Positions 57,832 through 64,000 of a DNA stretch of 64,000 nucleotides are shown here, piece after piece. Source of the DNA: a virus (taxonomy: Duplodnaviria; Caudoviricetes). Each line of letters opens with the position of its first letter. Position 1 is the stretch's first letter. The notes beneath the pieces were generated by a model. The model was not told the origin of the DNA and ran no database searches. It saw only the letters and a list, made by a program, of their open reading frames with translations. The stretch lies in the IMG/VR virus record IMGVR_UViG_3300013383_000020, positions 32,001 to 96,000 of that record; one strand, given 5' to 3'. A program made the position numbers and the translations under genes.

Positions 57832-60800
57832 TGGCATATTCCAGTTTACATAATCATGATTTCTATTCACTATTAGATGGTTATGGAAGTCCAAAAGAAA
57901 TGTTGGATAGAGCTAAAGAAATAGGTTTAAAGGCGTATGCCACAACAAATCATGGAAATGCATATGCCCATATTTACTTTGATCTTATTAAAAAAGACTA
58001 TCCAGATATTAAAATGATATATGGATGTGAGTTATATGAATGTGAAGATATTACTGTTAAGGACAAAGACAATAAATATTTCCATTTGATTTGTTTGGTA
58101 AGAAATGAACAGGGCAGAAAAGACTTAAATAAGGTTATTACAAAAAGTAATTTTGAAGGGTTTTATTTTAAGCCACGATGCACAGTGGAAGATATTAAGC
58201 CTTATGCTGAGAATTTTGTTATTTCTTCTGCTTGTTTAGCAAGTAAGTTAGCAAGAGAATCAGACTTTGAGAAGTGTATTGAATATATCAATGAGTATAA
58301 AGAAGCCTTTCCACATTTCTTTCTTGAGATGCAGTCACATTCTCATCAAGATCAGTGCTTATATAATCAGAAAATTTTAGAGCTTTCAAAAAGAACAAAT
58401 ACCCCATTTATCATTACTACAGATAGTCATGCACCTAAGAAAGAAGATTTATATTATCAGGACAAGCTTATTCAGATTGGTAGAAAAAGTAGCAACAACG
58501 ACAAAAATGCTATCGAAAATAGTGAGGTGTACGAAGGTTGCTATATGCAATCTGAAGATGAAATTCATGAAATCATGGATAGCCAGATTGGATATGAAAA
58601 TGTATGTCTTGGATTGGAGAATACTAATAAGGTAGCAGATTTAATTGAAAATGTAGATATGCCATTCCAAAAACCACAATTGCCTACATTTCCACTACCT
58701 GATGGATATAGAGATAATAACGAGTTTCTATGGCATTTAGTTAGACAAGGTTGGAAAGATAGAGGTTATGACAAGCTTAGCGAAGATGAACAGCAAGTAA
58801 GACGAACTAGGTTGAATTATGAGATGGGTATTATTCATTCAATGGGGTTTGATGGTTATTTCTTGTTTGTATGGGACTTTATCAAGGCTGCTGAGAAACT
58901 TGGAATTGAAGTTGGTAAAGGAAGAGGAAGTGCAGCAGGTTCTTTAGTTTGCTATTGTTGCCATATTACAGATATTGATCCGATTAAATATGGACTCATT
59001 TTTGAAAGATTCTTAAATCCTGAAAGAGTAGGACTTCCTGATATTGACACAGATGTTGGAAATAGAGATGCAATTATTGATTATCTGGTAGAGAAATATG
59101 GAGAAGAAAGAGTATGTCAGATTATTAACTACTCTTATATTACTCCAACAGTTGCGATCACTGATGTTGGTAAAATACTCGGATTCCCATATAACCAAAT
59201 GCAAAAACTTTCACAGAAGTTCACATTTGATAAATGGGATGATTGTATGAAAGCAAACCCTAATCTACTTACAGACAATCCACAATATGCTGATTTATTT
59301 GATATTGCAAAGCATTTAAGCGGTCGTGTTAAAACAGTTTCTATTCATGCTGGTGGTGTTGGAATTGTTGATACAACAATTAATGATTATATGCCAATGA
59401 AAATAGGAACTAAGGGCGAGCATGTAATTCAGGTTGATAAACATTACGTAGAAGATATTGGAATTGTAAAATTTGACCTTCTTGGTGTGGCAACACTTAA
59501 TCTTGTAAAAGAGATTAAAGATGATTTACATCTGAATCCTTGGGATTATGATATTAACAATCCAGCATTTGAGAATGATAGACCTACATATGAATTACTT
59601 GCAAGTGGCAAGACTAATGGTGTATTCCAGGTTGAATCAGCAGGTATGAAAGATTTACTTATTCGATTAAAACCAAAGCTTGAGCAACTGGATTTTGAGG
59701 TTATATCTGTTATTTTGGCATTGTATAGACCTGATAGTATGGGAGCACTTGATGAGTATGTAGAAATGGCAACAGGTGGAAGTAGACCACCATCAATTCA
59801 TCCAGATATGGACGAAATCTTAAAAGATACAAATTACTGTATGATTTATCAGGAACAGCTTCTTGATATTGTTAAGAAGTTTGGTGGAAGAACATATGGA
59901 CAAGCTGACCTGTTTCGTAAAGCCATAGGAAAAAAACTTCCAGAATTAGTAAAACAGGAATCGGAAAAACTTCGTGGAGAAATTTCAGCGAATGGATACT
60001 CTAAAGAACTTGCTGATAAAATTGCAAATGAACTTTCTTCTAAGGGCGGGTATTTGTTTAACAAATCGCATTCTTTTAGTTACGCAGTCCTTTGTTTCGA
60101 GACAGCTTGGTTCAAAGCTCATTATCCAACTTATTTTTTCAAAGCATTGTTCAATCAGAATAAGGATAAAGCAGGTGCGATTAATAAATATATTCTTGAT
60201 GCAAGATATTTCAATGTGGATATTATGCCACCGAACATCAATCATTCTGGAATGAATTTCACAGTCGATAAGGATAAGGTTCTTTTTGGATTATCTGCTA
60301 TTGGTGGAATTGGTGAATCACTTTCTAAGCAAATTATCGAAGAAAGAGAGAATAATGGTATATACAAATCGTTTGATGATTTGATTCAGAGACTTTCTTT
60401 AGGTAAGGCATCTGTTATTGCACTGATAAAATCTGGTGCAATTCCTTGTAAAAATAAGCGTGAAAAACTTATATCATATCTTAAATCAGAGTATCAACCA
60501 TTAAAATTCTCAGAAGTTCAATCATTGCCTACCTATAAGAAACTCGAAGAAGATTGGAACATTGACTTAAAGAAGTACGTGATTCCTTCATCTGGAAAAC
60601 GAATTGTATATGACAAAGAAGCATTACTTGCCGAATATAACAGGTTGAAAAAGATACAATTTGAAGAAAATCAGAGGGTAAGATTCCAAAAGTACATAAA
60701 TGATAACAAAAAATATCTTGAAGATGAACAGTTTTGGGAATTCCAAACATTACAGGTATTTATTAACGATAATCCATTTGATGCAGCTTATACATTCTTG

Positions 60801-61103
60801 ACACCATTTGAGGATGTGCCTGATGGTGAGAAGTGTACTTTAGTTGGAATTATAGCAAAGGTTCAAAAGAAGAAAGATAAGAATGGTAAGCAATTCGCAT
60901 ATATAAACATCTATTCAAGTTTTGGACTTGTTGAAGGAATTGTATGGCATAGTCAATTAAAGGAATATGAAGATTTAGTTAAAAAAGGGCAGCAAGTAGC
61001 AATTCTTTGTAAGAAAGATAGCGAAGAAAAAGTAATTGTAGAAAAATTAAAGCCATATAGCAAATGGCTTGAATATGTGAGAAAGAAAGGAGTGTCAGTC
61101 TAA
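57831..61103 (+). CDS. dnaE: DNA polymerase III alpha subunit
   Basis: PHP domain (HNH.FYSLLDG), GRGSAAGS, FERFLNPER..LPDIDTD, KFDLLG, FNKSH. Confidence 0.95.
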   Translation: MAYSSLHNHDFYSLLDGYGSPKEMLDRAKEIGLKAYATTNHGNAYAHIYFDLIKKDYPDIKMIYGCELYECEDITVKDKDNKYFHLICLVRNEQGRKDLNKVITKSNFEGFYFKPRCTVEDIKPYAENFVISSACLASKLARESDFEKCIEYINEYKEAFPHFFLEMQSHSHQDQCLYNQKILELSKRTNTPFIITTDSHAPKKEDLYYQDKLIQIGRKSSNNDKNAIENSEVYEGCYMQSEDEIHEIMDSQIGYENVCLGLENTNKVADLIENVDMPFQKPQLPTFPLPDGYRDNNEFLWHLVRQGWKDRGYDKLSEDEQQVRRTRLNYEMGIIHSMGFDGYFLFVWDFIKAAEKLGIEVGKGRGSAAGSLVCYCCHITDIDPIKYGLIFERFLNPERVGLPDIDTDVGNRDAIIDYLVEKYGEERVCQIINYSYITPTVAITDVGKILGFPYNQMQKLSQKFTFDKWDDCMKANPNLLTDNPQYADLFDIAKHLSGRVKTVSIHAGGVGIVDTTINDYMPMKIGTKGEHVIQVDKHYVEDIGIVKFDLLGVATLNLVKEIKDDLHLNPWDYDINNPAFENDRPTYELLASGKTNGVFQVESAGMKDLLIRLKPKLEQLDFEVISVILALYRPDSMGALDEYVEMATGGSRPPSIHPDMDEILKDTNYCMIYQEQLLDIVKKFGGRTYGQADLFRKAIGKKLPELVKQESEKLRGEISANGYSKELADKIANELSSKGGYLFNKSHSFSYAVLCFETAWFKAHYPTYFFKALFNQNKDKAGAINKYILDARYFNVDIMPPNINHSGMNFTVDKDKVLFGLSAIGGIGESLSKQIIEERENNGIYKSFDDLIQRLSLGKASVIALIKSGAIPCKNKREKLISYLKSEYQPLKFSEVQSLPTYKKLEEDWNIDLKKYVIPSSGKRIVYDKEALLAEYNRLKKIQFEENQRVRFQKYINDNKKYLEDEQFWEFQTLQVFINDNPFDAAYTFLTPFEDVPDGEKCTLVGIIAKVQKKKDKNGKQFAYINIYSSFGLVEGIVWHSQLKEYEDLVKKGQQVAILCKKDSEEKVIVEKLKPYSKWLEYVRKKGVSV

Positions 61104-61104
61104 A

Positions 61105-63387
61105 TTGGATGAAGATGAGATTTATAAATTTACAGCAACTATAACCTTTGAACAATGGTACAACGAGGATTCAACGTGGGGCGTATTTGGATTTTCAACA
61201 AAAGATGATATTCCGTTCTTTACAAAACCTACAAAAACATTCGATCCGTTTGGCGATAATAATTCTGCAAATGATATTGATGATAAAAAGATGAGTAAGT
61301 TGGCAGGAAAGATGCAACATTTAGTTGTGGGTGGAGAATATGTAGTTAAGGCGAAATACAAAAAGGATAAAAAATATGGCGATCAATATGCACCGATTGC
61401 CATATACGCCATTATTCCACAAAGCAGAGAGACACAGTTATTATTTTTGAAGTCAATGATTCCTGAATGGATGGCTGATAATTTAATAAATGCATACCCA
61501 AATGTGGTAAATGATGTAGCGAATGGAACACTAAAAACTATTGATTACAGTCTTGTAAAGGGTGTTAGAGAAATTACTTGGAATAAAATCAAGGAAAAAA
61601 TCATCAATAACTATCTCATTTCTGACATTATTATGATGTTAAAACCACTTGGTGTTACTTATGCGATGATTAAAAAACTTCTATCCGATGAACCAAATCC
61701 AGTTTTATTAAAACAAGAAATTGAAAAAAATCCCTGGGTTTTAACTCGTGTGGAAGGTTTGGGATTCAGACGTGTCGATGACCTTGCCTTAAAATTAAAA
61801 CCTGAATTGATTGACTCTACACAAAGACTTGTGGCTTTTATCCAATACTATTTCAAAGACTTAGGAGAAAGTAAGGGTCATACATGGTGTTCTGAGAAGA
61901 TTTTAAGGGCAGCAATAAGCAATAATATATACGAGTGTTGCAATAAGGTTGATTGGCTATTAGAAAATAATGACTTTCTTCATATTGATAATGGTCGAAT
62001 TGGTCTGAAATATTATTACGATATTGAGATGCAGATTTATCATTTAATTCTGAATAAATCTAAAATTGAAACAACAATCAATATTTCTGATGAAGCGATT
62101 GATAAAGCAATTAAACATGCGGAAGAAGAACAAGGATTTGATTATGTGGTAGAACAGTTAGACACGATTCATAAGAGTTTACATAGAACTGTTAGTCTAA
62201 TAACTGGAAAAGCAGGAACTGGTAAAACGTCAATAATGCGAGCAATTGTTAAGGCTTATATGGAGAATAATTATATGATGACAGCTTCAGCACTTTCAGC
62301 AATGGCAGCTCAAAGAATTACAGAAGCAACAGAATTTCCTGCAATGACTATTCATAGAACACTTGGATGCCAAGGATTAAACGATTTTACATACAACAAG
62401 GACAACCATCTAATTACAGATGTTGCATTTCTCGATGAGGGAAGTATGGTTAATGCCAGTTTGTTTTTACATTGGCTTGAAGCAATCGGAGATAATACAA
62501 GAATTATCATTTCAGGCGATCATAAGCAGTTACCACCTATCGGATTTGGTAATGTGTTCTCAGATTTGATTGAAATATTTGATGACTCAGTTGTGAGCAA
62601 GTTAGTAAAACCTATGAGACAAGCAGAAAAATCAGGAATTCTTGTTGATGCAAATAAGATTCGTGAGAATATAAATCCTATATCTGAAAAGTTACAGCCA
62701 CGAATTATTCATGGTGAGTTACAAGATATGTATTATATGTTCCGCACAAATCGACAGTCGTTATTCAATATTGCTGTTAAGACATTTATTAAATCTGTTG
62801 AATCAGATGGAATCGACAATGTGGTTATTGCAGTACCTCGTAGAAAAGATTGTTTAAATAGCACCAATGAAATTAACAAGGTTATTCAGAATGAGTTACT
62901 TGGTGATGTTTTAGAAAGCATTGAAGGTTTTGATACCATTTTTAAACTTGGTGCGAAAGTCATGCAAACAGTTAATGATTATGACAAAAATGTATTTAAT
63001 GGTGAGATTGGCTATGTGACAAAAATCAGTGAAAGATATGATGGTAAGAAAAAAGAAGAATATTGTGAAGTTACTTACACTGATATTTTTGGCAAAGACA
63101 AAATTATTGAATACACAAAGAAAGAATTAGCTGCTTTGGATCTTGCTTATGCCATGACGGTACATAAATTACAGGGTGCTGGTCGAAAGACTGTAATCGG
63201 CATTATTGACAATACACATCATCAGCTTCTTGATAACTGTATGCTTTATACATTACTTACGAGAGCAAAGAAGAGATGTTTGCTATTAGCTGAACCAGAA
63301 GCATTTTTACAGTGTATTAGGACAAGTCATAACAATAGAAACACTTGGATGATGTTAGAAACAGAGAATAATACAGTAGAAGAGTAA
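61105..63387 (+). CDS. recD2: RecD2-like SF1 helicase
   Basis: GKAGTGKT, DEGSM, GDHKQLPPIG, RQA, YAMTVHKLQG, YTLLTRAK. Confidence 0.9.
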   Translation: MDEDEIYKFTATITFEQWYNEDSTWGVFGFSTKDDIPFFTKPTKTFDPFGDNNSANDIDDKKMSKLAGKMQHLVVGGEYVVKAKYKKDKKYGDQYAPIAIYAIIPQSRETQLLFLKSMIPEWMADNLINAYPNVVNDVANGTLKTIDYSLVKGVREITWNKIKEKIINNYLISDIIMMLKPLGVTYAMIKKLLSDEPNPVLLKQEIEKNPWVLTRVEGLGFRRVDDLALKLKPELIDSTQRLVAFIQYYFKDLGESKGHTWCSEKILRAAISNNIYECCNKVDWLLENNDFLHIDNGRIGLKYYYDIEMQIYHLILNKSKIETTINISDEAIDKAIKHAEEEQGFDYVVEQLDTIHKSLHRTVSLITGKAGTGKTSIMRAIVKAYMENNYMMTASALSAMAAQRITEATEFPAMTIHRTLGCQGLNDFTYNKDNHLITDVAFLDEGSMVNASLFLHWLEAIGDNTRIIISGDHKQLPPIGFGNVFSDLIEIFDDSVVSKLVKPMRQAEKSGILVDANKIRENINPISEKLQPRIIHGELQDMYYMFRTNRQSLFNIAVKTFIKSVESDGIDNVVIAVPRRKDCLNSTNEINKVIQNELLGDVLESIEGFDTIFKLGAKVMQTVNDYDKNVFNGEIGYVTKISERYDGKKKEEYCEVTYTDIFGKDKIIEYTKKELAALDLAYAMTVHKLQGAGRKTVIGIIDNTHHQLLDNCMLYTLLTRAKKRCLLLAEPEAFLQCIRTSHNNRNTWMMLETENNTVEE

Positions 63388-63470
63388 TTTGGATTTCTGG
63401 AATGCCCATAAATAGGGTGTTTCAGAGACTTAAAAAGCCAATGAATGACGGATTTCATGCGGAGGATTTT

Positions 63471-63791
63471 ATGAGTGAATTAAAAGAGATTATTAAAAAT
63501 TCAGACAGATATAATAAATTTACATTATTAGACGAACCTATATCATTTGAAGAATTATTTAAAGATGAAAATTTTGATTGTGTACAACTACATTCAACAC
63601 ATATATTTTCCTATAAAAATGGAGTTCAAGATATTGTAGGATTTTGTGGAGTATTTAGTTGGATAAATAATGATATAAAATCATTAGATGGCGATTCTTA
63701 TAGTGACAACTTTAAGGTCATTGGATATGAAAGATTTACAACGCAAGACAAGGATAAATGCATTGATATCCTTGTAGACGATGATTGGTAA
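63471..63791 (+). CDS. hypothetical protein
   Basis: GGAGG SD before ATG 63471. Confidence 0.65.
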   Translation: MSELKEIIKNSDRYNKFTLLDEPISFEELFKDENFDCVQLHSTHIFSYKNGVQDIVGFCGVFSWINNDIKSLDGDSYSDNFKVIGYERFTTQDKDKCIDILVDDDW

Positions 63792-63942
63792 TAATTTGTC
63801 ACAATTTCTATATAATATTCGAGACATTTCTTAGAGCAAATCGCTCATCATTTCACAAATAAAAAGAGAATAAATAATCAGGAGGTGATTCTTATAGAAT
63901 GGTACGTTTATTATCATGATTTTAATTATAAGGAGGTAATTT

Positions 63943-64000
63943 ATGGCTAAGATATCCATAGGAGATAAGTTTGGTATGTTGACAGTAGTTGAACAAGGCG
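63943..64000 (+). CDS. probable HNH endonuclease, 5' end only
   Basis: AGGAGGT SD; MAKISIGDKFGMLTVVE resembles the GKRFGRLLV N-terminus of 57112. Confidence 0.5.
   Translation, partial: MAKISIGDKFGMLTVVEQG

Larger units (their letters stand above)
8689..63461. repeat. dispersed family of about 22 palindromic sites CNNANGAA-N8-TTCNTNNG at gene boundaries
   Basis: Starts at 8689, 10271, 10913, 12339, 14745, 17132, 25092, 25406, 27512, 28854, 30157, 31506, 36590, 36927, 37210, 37509, 39835, 43627, 44187, 47513, 48691, 63438. Confidence 0.8.

Noticed and set aside
57831-61103. Intein or intron in dnaE or dnaB
   Set aside because: Lengths and motif spacing are normal; no C...HN splice motifs or LAGLIDADG blocks seen.
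1106-61361. Numerous 60-170-aa opposite-strand or nested ORFs in the track (e.g. 6831-7265, 19952-20203, 40281-40799, 48687-48917)
   Set aside because: They lack SDs, overlap well-supported genes, tRNAs or regulatory DNA, and have atypical composition.
8689-63461. Interpreting the GAA-N8-TTC sites as dif sites, LexA boxes or terminators
   Set aside because: Arms do not match the Firmicutes dif consensus, the spacer is 8 rather than 4 bp, and there are no GC-rich stems with U tails.

Overview
AT-rich 64-kb segment of a large temperate bacteriophage or prophage of a Firmicutes (Clostridia-like) host. The organisation resembles SPbeta-type phages; this is inferred from gene content, sigmaA promoters, Cheo-type SOS boxes and DnaE. 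No virion genes lie in the window. Layout: (i) 1-5.1 kb, leftward genes: two GIY-YIG nucleases, a Rep-like HTH protein next to iteron-like repeats, and Rha. (ii) 5.2-7.6 kb, a divergent control region with SOS boxes, four strong promoters, an RHH regulator and a long repeat-containing leader. (iii) 7.6-17 kb, small early/accessory genes. (iv) 17-24.7 kb, a regulatory block with a tyrosine recombinase, XRE repressor, MazF-like RNase, sigma-DUF262 fusion and 4 tRNAs. (v) 24.7-48.7 kb, accessory genes: Sir2, three DNA methyltransferases, RNA ligase, phosphoesterase, Pth2, a PAPS-reductase-like gene with a group I intron, three radical SAM enzymes and Thg1. (vi) 48.9-63.4 kb, the replication core: SSB-like, AAA ATPase, DnaB, primase, RecJ, DnaE and RecD2. 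The most striking observation is about 22 copies of a 24-bp palindromic site (CNNANGAA-N8-TTCNTNNG) at gene boundaries, each with a different 8-bp core. The only two sites with matching cores are exactly the endpoints of a roughly 300-bp inversion that has flipped the 5' end of the PAPS-reductase-like gene. This suggests an undescribed recombinase-driven gene-cassette and phase-variation system. All calls were made by eye; no database searches were run.
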